This document shows positions 47,805-58,065 of a stretch of 64,000 nucleotides of DNA, in pieces. The notes under the pieces are model-generated. The model was not told the origin of the DNA. It searched no databases and saw only the letters and a program-made list of their open reading frames with translations. Within the stretch, counting starts at the first letter, position 1. The number at the start of each line of letters is the position of its first letter. The translations under genes and the position numbers were made by a program. Source of the stretch: Fimbriimonadales bacterium (GTDB lineage Bacteria; Armatimonadota; Fimbriimonadia; Fimbriimonadales; ATM1); assembly GCA_041744215.1 (NCBI GenBank), contig JBGTLG010000004.1, positions 1 through 64,000 of the forward strand. The letters are read 5' to 3'.

Positions 47805-49490
47805 TTAGCGTCTCTCCATACTCTCAACCAACCGTTCGACAGCCTCGACGCCGGCATCTTCAAATGGCATAAAAACAAAGTTCGCACCTCGGTCGATGAG
47901 CCACTGCTTGTCGACGTCGTTGTGTGCGGTTACGGCTATGTTGCGTCGGTAGCTGTTCGATCGCAACGCGTGAACGAGCGATGCGCCGATATCTCTGTCC
48001 GGCACAGTGCTGACTATCCACTTGGCGGATGCCAATGGCAGGCTCGCAGCGAACTCCGCGTCGGTGGCATCGCCATATCTTACGGGAAAGCCATTTGCGG
48101 CGCAGGTTCGAATCGCAATTGGATCGAAGTCGATTCCGAGCCCCTCAAAACCCTTCTCCTTTAGTCCCCGCAGGATAGTTCTTCCAAACCTGCCAACGCC
48201 AAAAACTAAAACGTCTGGACGGACTGCTGATTCGACATCCTGTCGATCCTCGCGGTGGACGACGTTCCGCTCGAAGATCCGCAAATACGGCGATAGCTTC
48301 TCGTACAGAAAGTGTGAATACATGATCATGTAAGTTGATAGGCCTATCGTCGTGAGGCCCACCAGCGTGACGAGACCAACGTGATCATTTGTCACGTGCC
48401 CAATCGCCAGTCCGAGTGCGATCATGATGAGCGAGAATTCGCTGATTTGCGCAACCGTCAATCCGGCCAGGAATCCAGTTCGTTTTCGGTAGCCCATCGC
48501 ACCCATGATGATCATTACAATAAGCGGATTTCCTATCAGCACAAACGCGGACAGAGTTATTGCGGCTGGAACTTGAGCTCCCAGTTGTCCAAGCTGAAGC
48601 TGAGACCCCAAGTCGACAAAGAAGAACAGCAGCAAAAAATCGCGAACGCTGACGAGCCTCGACGCGACTGCCTCGCGATATGGAGTTGAGGCGATCGACA
48701 CACCCGCCAGAAAGGCACCAACTTCTTTACTGAATCCAAGGAGGTCGCCCGCCGCGCCGAGCGCGAACGCCCAAGCGATTGAAAACAGAACTAGCAGCTC
48801 CGGCGACTTCGCGATTACCTGCATCAGTTGCGGAAGCCCAATTCGCATCAGCAGCGAAACCAGGCCGAGAAACCCAAGGCCTTTTGCCAAGACTAGCCCA
48901 AACTCGGCGGTTGCGTTGCGATCGGCATCGCCTGTGCCAAGTGCAGCCAAGAAAATCATTGCCAGCACGACAACGATGTCTTGAACGATCAAGAAGCCCA
49001 CCGCGATCCGCCCGTGGAGCGAGTCGAGTTCTCGCTTGTCCGACAGCAGCTTGACAATGATGATCGTACTGGAAAATGTGAGCGCGACAGCAATGTAGAT
49101 AGCGGGGATCTGTTCGACACCCATCCCGATTAAGATCAGGTACCCAATGATCGAAGTAAAAGCAACTTGCCCCAACCCAGTCGCGAGAGACACCGGACCT
49201 AACGTCCTAATGAGGTGGACATCCAGCTTCAACCCGACCACAAAGAGAAGTATCGCAATCCCCATCTCGGAGAGTAACTTCATTTCGTGACCCTTTGCGT
49301 CCTGGCCCAATCCTTGCGTCTCGCCGACCAGGCCAAGCACCGAGGGTCCAGCAACTATCCCCACTGCGATGAAGATCACAATCAGGGGCTGTCGCAGCAG
49401 GAGGCCGATCGCCCCAAAGGTCGCTGCCAAAAGCACGAGAGCGGCGAACGTATGGAACGCGGTCTGCTGGAAGAACTCCACGGTCGGCAC
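47805..49490 (-). CDS. CPA2 family cation:proton antiporter with C-terminal TrkA-N (RCK) domain
   Basis: LLF.VGL.L, FSST.II.KLL, LIVQD, GAFLAG, QISEFS, G.GRFG, YGDA. Confidence 0.92.
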   Translation of the reverse strand: MPTVEFFQQTAFHTFAALVLLAATFGAIGLLLRQPLIVIFIAVGIVAGPSVLGLVGETQGLGQDAKGHEMKLLSEMGIAILLFVVGLKLDVHLIRTLGPVSLATGLGQVAFTSIIGYLILIGMGVEQIPAIYIAVALTFSSTIIIVKLLSDKRELDSLHGRIAVGFLIVQDIVVVLAMIFLAALGTGDADRNATAEFGLVLAKGLGFLGLVSLLMRIGLPQLMQVIAKSPELLVLFSIAWAFALGAAGDLLGFSKEVGAFLAGVSIASTPYREAVASRLVSVRDFLLLFFFVDLGSQLQLGQLGAQVPAAITLSAFVLIGNPLIVMIIMGAMGYRKRTGFLAGLTVAQISEFSLIMIALGLAIGHVTNDHVGLVTLVGLTTIGLSTYMIMYSHFLYEKLSPYLRIFERNVVHREDRQDVESAVRPDVLVFGVGRFGRTILRGLKEKGFEGLGIDFDPIAIRTCAANGFPVRYGDATDAEFAASLPLASAKWIVSTVPDRDIGASLVHALRSNSYRRNIAVTAHNDVDKQWLIDRGANFVFMPFEDAGVEAVERLVESMERR

Positions 49491-49621
49491 GGTGACGCGG
49501 TTATAGCATCGAATCTGTTGTGCCTTCTATCGGGGGATCCTCCAGGAAGTGTGGAAAAGACGTGGAAATGAGGTGGGGGACGGGTGGGAAGCAGATTTTT
49601 TGAAAATTGTCCTTGCTTCCC

Positions 49622-49673
49622 TTGACACGCGAGATATTGTGTGGCACACTATAGCAGTACCCAGATATGGGTA
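49622..49673 (+). promoter_or_regulatory. Sigma70 promoter overlapped by two NrdR boxes
   Basis: TTGACA-17-CACACT. Box 1 is ACGCGAGATATTGTGT (49627-49642), box 2 is TACCCAGATATGGGTA (49658-49673), 31 bp apart; both match acaCwAtATaTwGtgt. Confidence 0.85.
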
Positions 49674-49707
49674 CGCCCCCCTTCCCAGGAAGGGATAGGA
49701 ACCCCGA

Positions 49708-50205
49708 ATGAAGTGCCCCTGTTGCGGCTACCCCGAAGATAAGGTCATCGACTCTCGATCGGCTAGGGACGGGGCCGCCATCCGCCGCCGAAGAGAATGC
49801 CTAAAGTGCGGCTACAGGTACACAACGTTCGAAGAGGTTGAGCAAAGACGCCTGATCGTCGTCAAGAAGGATGGCCGGCGCGAGCCGTTCCAAAGGGCGA
49901 AGATTCTCTCCAGCATGGAGATAGCGTGCCGCAAGCGTCCAGTTCCCACAGCAATCTTAGCCGCTGCCTCGGAGGATGTCGAGAGGCGGCTGATCGAGAT
50001 GCCTGAAGACGAGTTCTCGAGCGTAGAAATCGGTGAGCTGATCCTTGAGCGACTTGGCGACATTGATCCGGTGGCCTACATCCGTTTTGCAAGTGTTTAT
50101 CGCGAATTCGACGATCCGGAAGAGTTTAGGGAATTCGTCGCTGCGCTCAAGCGCAGACGAAAACCTACCCGTGCTCGTGGCGTGCCGGAACCTATCGCGA
50201 AATAG
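49708..50205 (+). CDS. nrdR: Transcriptional repressor NrdR
   Basis: MKCP.C, VIDSR, IRRRRECLKC..RYTTFE, ATP cone, VAYIRFASVYR.F. Confidence 0.97.
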   Translation: MKCPCCGYPEDKVIDSRSARDGAAIRRRRECLKCGYRYTTFEEVEQRRLIVVKKDGRREPFQRAKILSSMEIACRKRPVPTAILAAASEDVERRLIEMPEDEFSSVEIGELILERLGDIDPVAYIRFASVYREFDDPEEFREFVAALKRRRKPTRARGVPEPIAK

Positions 50206-50263
50206 CAAAGGAAGAAACTGCGCAAAGGGCGATAGCCCCAACACTCCAGGGAGGACAAGGTAA

Positions 50264-53200
50264 ATGAAAATCAATCGACGGTTCACGAAGTCTGGCAGCG
50301 ATGCTTACGAGGGCATCGAGTTTGTCTCACGCAAATCGGAGATCCGAAACACGGATGGGTCCAGCGTGTTCTCGATGGAAGACATCATGGTGCCCACGGG
50401 ATGGTCGCAAGTTGCGACAGACATCCTTGCACAGAAGTACTTCAGAAAAGCAGGTGTTCCACAGGAGGACGGGTCGACCGGATCAGAACGAGATTCCCGG
50501 CAGGTTTTCAATCGCCTTGCAGGCTGCTGGCGGTTCTGGGGCGAGAAGCACGGCTACTTCGACACGGAAGCGGACGCCCAGGCGTTTTGCGACGAACTAT
50601 GCAACATGATGGCTCGCCAAATGGCTGCTCCTAACAGCCCGCAGTGGTTCAACACTGGACTTCACTATGCTTATGGGATCACCGGACCGGCGCAGGGGCA
50701 CTATTACGTCGACCCGGAGACCGGCGAAGTCAAAAAGAGCGAAAACGCGTACGAGCGACCGCAGCCCCACGCGTGCTTCATTCTTTCCGTCAAAGACGAT
50801 CTCGTAGGGCAAGGCGGTATCATGGACCTTTGGACGCGTGAGGCTCGCATCTTCAAATATGGGAGCGGCGTTGGGACAAATTTCTCGAGTCTCCGAGGTG
50901 AAGGTGAATCGCTAAGTGGCGGAGGAAAGTCGAGCGGGCTGATGTCGTTCCTGCGTGTCGGCGACAGGAGCGCGGGGGCGGTTAAGTCTGGCGGCACGAC
51001 TCGGCGCGCCGCGAAGATGGTCTGTCTCGATGTCGATCATCCAGATATCGAAGACTTTATAGATTGGAAAGTGATAGAAGAGCAAAAGGTCGCGTCGCTG
51101 GTGGCGGGATCAAAGCTCTGCAACCTTCACCTAAACGCAATAATCAAGGCATGCCATGGGTGGCGAAACGAAGATGAGAGGTTCGACGCCAGGAAAAACG
51201 ACGAACTGCGAGTCGCGATCGCTGCGGCGAAAGGAGCAGAGGTTCCACTCAATTACATTCAGAGAGTTATTCAACTTGCTGAGCAAGGCTACAAAGGCAT
51301 CGAGTTTCCCATCTACGATAGCGATTGGAACTCTGAAGCCTATCTCACTGTCAGCGGACAGAACTCGAACAACTCCATTCGAGTTTCGAATGACTTTCTC
51401 AAGACTGTCGAAGCAGGCGGCGATTGGAATCTCACTAATCGCACAACCGGCGAAGTGGCAAAGAAAGTAAGCGCTAAAGAGATTTGGGATTCGATTTGTT
51501 TCTCCGCATGGTCGTGTGCCGATCCAGGTCTGCAATACGATACTACAATAAACGAGTGGCACACTTGTCCGGAAGGAGGGAAGATCAACGCTAGCAACCC
51601 CTGCAGCGAGTATATGTTCCTCGATGACACTGCCTGCAATCTAGCGAGCCTCAATCTTTGCTCATTCTATGATCCGACCACGCAAACGTTTGATGTCGAA
51701 AGCTACAAGCACGCAATCCACCTCTGGACAATCGTTCTTGAGATCAGCGTGCTTATGGCACAGTTTCCCAGCAAGGAGATTGCACAGCTCTCATACGACT
51801 ATCGAACGCTTGGGCTGGGATATGCAAATCTCGGCGCGCTGCTCATGCAGATGGGCATACCTTACGACAGCCCTCAGGGCAACGCGATCACGGGCTGTCT
51901 GACCGCGATTCTTGGGGGCGAATCGTACGCGACGTCTTCCGAGCTCGCACGAGAAATCGGCCCGTTCCCTCGGTATCACAAGAATCGTGACCATATGTTG
52001 CGAGTGATTCGGAATCACCGGCGCGCAGCATACAATACTGGCCCGAACGAATACGAAGGCCTCAGTACGGCGCCAATGGGAATCGACCCCGACGAGGCAC
52101 CGACAGAGATGCTCAAAGCCGCACGCGTAGCGTGGGATCGCGCGCTTGAACTCGGCGAAGCACACGGATATCGGAATGCGCAAGTTACGGTGCTCGCGCC
52201 GACAGGAACGATCGGTTTGATCATGGACTGTGACACGACCGGGATCGAGCCTGACTTTGCCCTCGTAAAGTTCAAGAAACTTGCGGGTGGTGGCTACTTC
52301 AAAATCATCAACCAGTCCGTGCCGATAGCACTTGAACGGCTGGGCTACAACATGGAGCAAGTCGAAGACATCATCAGCTATTGCATGGGCTCAGGAACTC
52401 TCCTCGGATCTCCGACGATCACACACGATGACCTCAAACAACGGGGATTCGATGATGAAGCGATTGATAGGCTCGAGAAAGCGCTGGCATCCTCATTCGA
52501 AATCAACTTCGCCTTCAATCACTATGTCCTTGGGCGTGACTTCTGCATTGACAAACTCGGCCTATCAGCTGAGCAAATTGATGACTGGAGCTTCAATCTG
52601 CTCCTTGCGCTCGGGTTCTCACAGGACGACATTGATGAGGCGAACAACTACGTCTGCGGGACCATGACCGTCGAAGGTGCACCACACCTTCGCCTCGAGC
52701 ACTACTCCATTTTTGACTGCGCAAACAAGTGCGGCAAGATCGGAAAAAGATACATCACATATGAAGGACACATCCGAGCGATGGCGGCCGCACAGCCATT
52801 CATTAGTGGTGCGATTAGCAAGACCATCAATCTGCCGAGCAACGCGCTCGTTGATGATATTGCGAAGGCCTATGTGCTGAGTTGGAAGCTTGGGCTAAAA
52901 GCGAACGCACTGTATCGCGATGGCTCAAAGCTGAGCCAGCCCCTAAACAGCGCGCTTGACGATGCGGCGGCAGCGATCATGGAAATCGACTCGACCTTGT
53001 CTCTGCCCGCGCAGCACGCGCAGAAACTTGTGTACCGTTACATTGCCAAGCGGCGGTTGCTGCCTGCTCGTCGTCGCGGCTACACCCAGAAGGCGAGAGT
53101 TGGCGGACACAAAGTCTATTTGAGGACCGGAGAGTACGAAGACGGATCGCTCGGCGAAATCTTTGTCGACATGCATCGTGAAGGAGCAGCATTCAGAAGC

Positions 53201-53755
53201 CTTATGAATTGCTTCGCGATCTCAATCTCCCTAGGCTTGCAATACGGTGTGCCGCTCGAAGAGTTCGTCGATGCATTTTGTTTCACTCGATTTGAGCCCA
53301 ACGGAATGGTCGGCGGCAACGATCACATCAAGATGGCTACGTCCGTGATCGACTACATCTTCCGAGAACTTGCTGTAACGTACCTCGGTCGCGCCGACTT
53401 CATGCACGTTTCGCCGGAAGACCTGAGAAGTGACACGATCGGGAAACCGCAGCAGGAGGCCGACTTCACCGAGGAAGTGATTGTTGACGAGAACCACGGA
53501 GATCGCCCAGTACCAGGGCAAACAACCGAGAACCACGAGGGTGCGGGATTCAGACCGGATCGCCCTAATGGGCACGCTCTCTCGGAGCCAATTCGTGTGG
53601 CATCTGGAGGGGCCGAAATCGAGGCGAAGATTCGACAGGCGCGCCTTCAGGGTTATGAGGGTGATCCCTGTAACGAGTGCGGCCAATTCACGCTCGTTAG
53701 AAATGGCACATGCCTGAAGTGCCAGTCTTGTGGCGCTACGAGCGGATGCTCCTAA
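50264..53755 (+). CDS. nrdJ: Vitamin B12-dependent (class II) ribonucleotide reductase with TSCPD domain
   Basis: [45 protein letters not shown]-terminal C..C...C..CG.TSGCS. No intein seen. Confidence 0.96.
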   Translation: MKINRRFTKSGSDAYEGIEFVSRKSEIRNTDGSSVFSMEDIMVPTGWSQVATDILAQKYFRKAGVPQEDGSTGSERDSRQVFNRLAGCWRFWGEKHGYFDTEADAQAFCDELCNMMARQMAAPNSPQWFNTGLHYAYGITGPAQGHYYVDPETGEVKKSENAYERPQPHACFILSVKDDLVGQGGIMDLWTREARIFKYGSGVGTNFSSLRGEGESLSGGGKSSGLMSFLRVGDRSAGAVKSGGTTRRAAKMVCLDVDHPDIEDFIDWKVIEEQKVASLVAGSKLCNLHLNAIIKACHGWRNEDERFDARKNDELRVAIAAAKGAEVPLNYIQRVIQLAEQGYKGIEFPIYDSDWNSEAYLTVSGQNSNNSIRVSNDFLKTVEAGGDWNLTNRTTGEVAKKVSAKEIWDSICFSAWSCADPGLQYDTTINEWHTCPEGGKINASNPCSEYMFLDDTACNLASLNLCSFYDPTTQTFDVESYKHAIHLWTIVLEISVLMAQFPSKEIAQLSYDYRTLGLGYANLGALLMQMGIPYDSPQGNAITGCLTAILGGESYATSSELAREIGPFPRYHKNRDHMLRVIRNHRRAAYNTGPNEYEGLSTAPMGIDPDEAPTEMLKAARVAWDRALELGEAHGYRNAQVTVLAPTGTIGLIMDCDTTGIEPDFALVKFKKLAGGGYFKIINQSVPIALERLGYNMEQVEDIISYCMGSGTLLGSPTITHDDLKQRGFDDEAIDRLEKALASSFEINFAFNHYVLGRDFCIDKLGLSAEQIDDWSFNLLLALGFSQDDIDEANNYVCGTMTVEGAPHLRLEHYSIFDCANKCGKIGKRYITYEGHIRAMAAAQPFISGAISKTINLPSNALVDDIAKAYVLSWKLGLKANALYRDGSKLSQPLNSALDDAAAAIMEIDSTLSLPAQHAQKLVYRYIAKRRLLPARRRGYTQKARVGGHKVYLRTGEYEDGSLGEIFVDMHREGAAFRSLMNCFAISISLGLQYGVPLEEFVDAFCFTRFEPNGMVGGNDHIKMATSVIDYIFRELAVTYLGRADFMHVSPEDLRSDTIGKPQQEADFTEEVIVDENHGDRPVPGQTTENHEGAGFRPDRPNGHALSEPIRVASGGAEIEAKIRQARLQGYEGDPCNECGQFTLVRNGTCLKCQSCGATSGCS

Positions 53756-53771
53756 CAAAGATAAGGCGAAA

Positions 53772-53796
53772 GCCCAGTATTTTTACTGGGCCTTTT
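53772..53796 (+). terminator. Rho-independent terminator after nrdJ
   Basis: GCCCAGTA/TACTGGGC stem followed by CTTTT. Confidence 0.65.
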
Positions 53797-53846
53797 GGCC
53801 GTCGTCTTGCCGTATCGTAGATACGCATAGGAGAGTGCATATCTAA

Positions 53847-55064
53847 ATGAGACAGGTCTTGCGTTTTTCGCTGGGCTCGGTAGCCCTCGCCCTTTGCTTT
53901 ATCCCGCGGGCGATCGTCCCTGACCTTCCAACGTCTAACTGGCCCTACGCCGGTCAGTTTGGGACAGCCACCCAGAAGTGGTCAGGCGTTGCGATTGGTG
54001 ATAGATGGGTACTGACCGCCCGTCACGTCGCGTTTATGGGTGACACTGAAGGCCGATTTGTGATGGACGGTGGTCCCGAGTACGCGAGCATTAGAGTCTA
54101 CAGGCACCCAACCGACGATCTTGCTGTCATCGAGTTTCCTAACCCTCTTCCCGGCTGGTACCCAATCTACACCGGATCGTCGGAGATCGGTATGGTCGGC
54201 GAAGTCATCGGTTACGGCATAACGGGAGAAATCGTAGGAGGAGAGTACCAGTACACTGGCAACGGCGGAACAAAACGGGCCGGCAGAAACCGCCTTTCAC
54301 TCTCACAGTTTGTTCAGTTTACTGAAATCCAGGGAGTGTTTCTGATATGCGATTTTGACGGAAGTGGTCGTGACACCTTCGGTGACGGCGGACCTGTTAT
54401 GAATGAGTGCACGCTTGGAAGCGGAGACTCGGGCGGACCTACGCTCGTCAACGATGGCGGAGTCTGGAAAGTTGCTGGAGTTCATAGCTGGGTGGGGAAC
54501 GTTACAGGCGGACCAACTGCGCCCAGGCATGGCTCTGTCTTCGGCGACATTCAGGTGTCAAATTACGCGGCGTGGATCAATTCGATTGTCCCCCAGCGCG
54601 TAACGCCGACTATCTTGAATGTGAATCCGGGCATCATTGTTGGCGGTGATGTCGGATCGCTCGCATTCAGCGACAACGTTCGCGTCCGAATCCGAGAGGT
54701 GCCGCCGCTCGCGCTCGGTGCGCCTTCGGTGCGCGCCGTCATTGACGGAGTGTCACCGATCCTCGCACCGGGCACTCTGACGTTTCGCATCGAGACCTCT
54801 ACGTCGGCTGTTCCCGCTTCGAGTTTGTTGCAACGCATAGAGATGCGGAACTTTCAAACAGGAGTCTGGGAATTGGTGGATCAACGGTCAACCACATCCG
54901 GCGACAATATGATCGTGATCACTCCGGCAGGCTCAGCTTCGAGGTTCGTGGAGCCTATCACTGGAGTTGTTCGCTCACGGGCATCCTGGTTCGACCCAGG
55001 CACGTTGTTTAGTTTCGGTTGGGAGGTGCGGATTGACATGGCCATTTGGGAGGTTCTGCCTTGA
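53847..55064 (+). CDS. Exported trypsin-like (S1) serine protease with a shared C-terminal domain
   Basis: Signal peptide; triad WVLTARH, DLAVI, GDSGGP. Confidence 0.9.
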   Translation: MRQVLRFSLGSVALALCFIPRAIVPDLPTSNWPYAGQFGTATQKWSGVAIGDRWVLTARHVAFMGDTEGRFVMDGGPEYASIRVYRHPTDDLAVIEFPNPLPGWYPIYTGSSEIGMVGEVIGYGITGEIVGGEYQYTGNGGTKRAGRNRLSLSQFVQFTEIQGVFLICDFDGSGRDTFGDGGPVMNECTLGSGDSGGPTLVNDGGVWKVAGVHSWVGNVTGGPTAPRHGSVFGDIQVSNYAAWINSIVPQRVTPTILNVNPGIIVGGDVGSLAFSDNVRVRIREVPPLALGAPSVRAVIDGVSPILAPGTLTFRIETSTSAVPASSLLQRIEMRNFQTGVWELVDQRSTTSGDNMIVITPAGSASRFVEPITGVVRSRASWFDPGTLFSFGWEVRIDMAIWEVLP

Positions 55065-55186
55065 GCCTCCTCGCAATCATGCCGGAAACCCTCGGTCCAA
55101 CGAGATTCGAAGACATCAGTATCACATAATGAACAACAGTTGATGCCGAGATTGGTCAACAACCAATCTGATAAAGGAGAACAAAA

Positions 55187-56248
55187 GTGAAGGTTTGTAG
55201 AATTCGATGGGCAGTCTTGGTGGCAGCATCTCTCGTGGCGGCGCTGGCCTCTGCGGTGACGCTCGGACAGGTTGATGACTTCCAAGACGGGACGCTCATG
55301 TTCTGGGGCGGCGGAGCGGCGTTGACGAACGTAGCGAATGGCGGGCCGAATGGCGCGGGCGACCGCTTCCTCCAGATTCAGTCAAATGGGGGCAGTGGAC
55401 CAGGGAGCCGACTCGCGACGTTGAACACGAACCAATGGTCGGGTGACTACATCGCAGCAGGTGTACAGGCGGTGGAAATGCACCTCAACAACTTCTCCGC
55501 ACAGGATCTTCACATGCGCATTGTCGTTTTTGGTCCAGGTTTGGCGACTCAGTGGACCTCAGCGCAGGCGGTTGTTCTGCCCGCTGGATCTGGTTGGAGA
55601 AGGGTAACGTTTCTTCTTACTCAAAGCGCATTGACACGAGTGTCAGGCACCGACAGTTACACGACATGCCTGAGTAACGCCTCCCAGCTGATGATTCGCC
55701 ACAATGTCAACGCTTCTTCCGGCGGAGACCCAATCGCCGCGACGATGGGCATGGACAACGTAACCGCTGTCGTAGGACCAACTCTGCTTCCTAATGTTTT
55801 CCAGATACTGACCGGTGTCCCTCAGTCCGGAAACGTGCAGTCACTTTGGTTCCAGGACACGGATCGACTGGTTGTGCGCGAGGCTCCTCCGATTGCTCTT
55901 GGCTTACCATCGGTAGACATTCGCATCGACGGAACATCGCTTCTTACAACTGTAAGCGGGATGAGCCTCCGCGTCGTCACATCGACCAGCGCGGTCCCTG
56001 CGGCTGCGACAACGCAGGTCGTTCAAATGCGTAACTTCTCGGCTAGCATCTGGGAAACGGTCGACACGCGTGCTGGGACCGGTAGTGACAACGCGATTGT
56101 CATCACCCCCACTGGGGACCCGAATCGGTTCATCCAAAGTGGCACGAGATTGGTTCAGGTTCGAATCCGCTGGTTCGACCCCGGCACTCTGTTCACTTTT
56201 GGGTGGGTCGGACGCATTAACCAAGTCAACTGGCTGACCACGCCGTAG
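55187..56248 (+). CDS. Exported protein of unknown function with the same C-terminal domain
   Basis: SD AAGGAG before GTG, signal peptide, beta-rich N-domain ending in MDNV, C-domain clearly homologous to that of the upstream protease. Confidence 0.85.
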   Translation: MKVCRIRWAVLVAASLVAALASAVTLGQVDDFQDGTLMFWGGGAALTNVANGGPNGAGDRFLQIQSNGGSGPGSRLATLNTNQWSGDYIAAGVQAVEMHLNNFSAQDLHMRIVVFGPGLATQWTSAQAVVLPAGSGWRRVTFLLTQSALTRVSGTDSYTTCLSNASQLMIRHNVNASSGGDPIAATMGMDNVTAVVGPTLLPNVFQILTGVPQSGNVQSLWFQDTDRLVVREAPPIALGLPSVDIRIDGTSLLTTVSGMSLRVVTSTSAVPAAATTQVVQMRNFSASIWETVDTRAGTGSDNAIVITPTGDPNRFIQSGTRLVQVRIRWFDPGTLFTFGWVGRINQVNWLTTP

Positions 56249-56307
56249 TTGAGGGAGCAAGGTGCGACGCCTCATCCCACACGCTGTGGTATGGGGCGAA
56301 CCGCCTA

Positions 56308-58044
56308 TTGGAAACCGATCGCGACCTTGAAGGGGTAGTTTACGCGGACATGGCCCAGGAAGGTGGCGAAGGATCCCCACAACTCGACGCAGCGCGGATG
56401 CTGGAGTTCGCGTCGTACGTGCGCGATTTGCCCACCGCCGCCGAGCAAGACCCTAGGGACCTCGCGAAGAGATTTGGGCTCCCAGAGGAACTCGTCCGGG
56501 AGTCCCTGCGAGTCGCGAGCAAGCGGGAAAGGCGAACGGAGAGGCAGCCCTCCGGAAGAACGAGGCGGAGCGTGCGATCCGCGATGTCGCGCTTCTGCAG
56601 CTTTCTCTATGCGAGGCCAGTCGTCAACTCAGCTTTTTTGGGCGTGTTCGCGTCGGTTGCCTCGGATGTCAGTTCGCGGCTGGATCAGGTAGCCGCAAAC
56701 ATCCTCCTCGCTTGCGCCTTCACGCTCGCTGGCGGGCTGCTCCTGTTGGTCAACGGCCTGCGTGGGCAGGCTCGTTACGCGGTGCTCACATCGTTCGCTT
56801 CAGTCGGCTGTTGGATGGGAGGCAGCATTCTGTTTAGGGTTCTCGATGGGCGATCGATGAGCTTGCTTCAAACGCTGTGGCTATCCGCCGTGGTTCTCTT
56901 CCTTACCGCCCTGCTTGCAATGTTTCTCAGTCTTGCTGCGATGCTCGGAGCATTCATCAAGATTCGGCGCGAAGCAAGCCATGAGGAGAAGCAGGACCGC
57001 CTTCAATTGCTCCAGCGGATCTTCTACCTGCAAGAGCAGCTTTCCGCTGCCCCAGCCTCGCGATGGCATCGTTCTAGGTGGGACTGGGTCGAGTCCGCGC
57101 GGAACCGGTGGCCCTGGATTGCACTCGCAGCGGGATTTGGCGTTGGCTTTATTCTTCTGCTTGAGAGAGTGACATTGGGATTGCCTACTATCGACGAAGC
57201 TCCTCAAACAGTCGCCTTTTTCGGCGTCGCAAACTTCTTACTCATCGCAATTGTTGTCCCATCCATTGGCTTTATCTCGGGCACGCTTTCACGCGGATTA
57301 GCGTCCGGCGTTCTATTCGCCGTGACAAAGTCGCTGTTTGATGTCATCGCAAACGGAGTCCCACAATCCTCCGCACTCTGGACGGAGTTGGTAATCACGT
57401 CCGCATGGTTTGTCCTCATTGCAGGTATTGGCGGCGTGGCAGGAACAATCGAGGAGCGGGGCCAACGATCACGGCGTCTTGCAGCAGCGGACCAAACAAC
57501 AATTCTCAGCGAGATTATCCGGCTCCAGCAGTTATTGCAGACGGGCTCGGCCGAAATCTTCGTAATGTTTGCCGATGTCGTCAAAAGCACACAAATCAAG
57601 GCTGGCAAAGATCCGCTCAAGATAGAAGCATCATTTCGCGCCTTCCACGACTTCATTGGTCGTACGGTGCGCCAGCACGGTGGGTCGATACACAGCGTTT
57701 CTGGAGACGGCGCAGTCGCAAAGTTTAGCGTCGCCGCAGACATCTTAGCTGCGGCACGCGCTGTCCAACGGGACATCGACGGATTCAACACAGCCGCAAA
57801 TCGCCTCGACCTGCCGTTTCGAGTCCGAATCGGATTGCATTGTGGCGAAGTCCATGGAGAATTGGATCAAGTCGTGTTCACCAATGTCGTCGACATCGCG
57901 GCGCACATCGAAAAGTACGCGCCGCCGGGGGGGATTGTAGTTACAGACAACCTGAAGGAACAGCTTCCGAATGAGCGCTTCGCCCAACTCGAGGAGGCAG
58001 TCGACGGGCATAGCGTTTACCTCGTTCTCGACCTTGGCCCTTAG
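56308..58044 (+). CDS. Multi-TM class III adenylate/guanylate cyclase-domain protein with atypical active site
   Basis: MFADVVKST, GDG, RVRIGLH.GEV; about 8 TM helices. Confidence 0.85.
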   Translation: METDRDLEGVVYADMAQEGGEGSPQLDAARMLEFASYVRDLPTAAEQDPRDLAKRFGLPEELVRESLRVASKRERRTERQPSGRTRRSVRSAMSRFCSFLYARPVVNSAFLGVFASVASDVSSRLDQVAANILLACAFTLAGGLLLLVNGLRGQARYAVLTSFASVGCWMGGSILFRVLDGRSMSLLQTLWLSAVVLFLTALLAMFLSLAAMLGAFIKIRREASHEEKQDRLQLLQRIFYLQEQLSAAPASRWHRSRWDWVESARNRWPWIALAAGFGVGFILLLERVTLGLPTIDEAPQTVAFFGVANFLLIAIVVPSIGFISGTLSRGLASGVLFAVTKSLFDVIANGVPQSSALWTELVITSAWFVLIAGIGGVAGTIEERGQRSRRLAAADQTTILSEIIRLQQLLQTGSAEIFVMFADVVKSTQIKAGKDPLKIEASFRAFHDFIGRTVRQHGGSIHSVSGDGAVAKFSVAADILAAARAVQRDIDGFNTAANRLDLPFRVRIGLHCGEVHGELDQVVFTNVVDIAAHIEKYAPPGGIVVTDNLKEQLPNERFAQLEEAVDGHSVYLVLDLGP

Positions 58045-58065
58045 GTCGCGGTAACCTATCGCCTC

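Noticed and set aside
50264-53755. Intein or intron in nrdJ
   Set aside because: Length and motif spacing look normal; no splice-junction or LAGLIDADG motifs seen.
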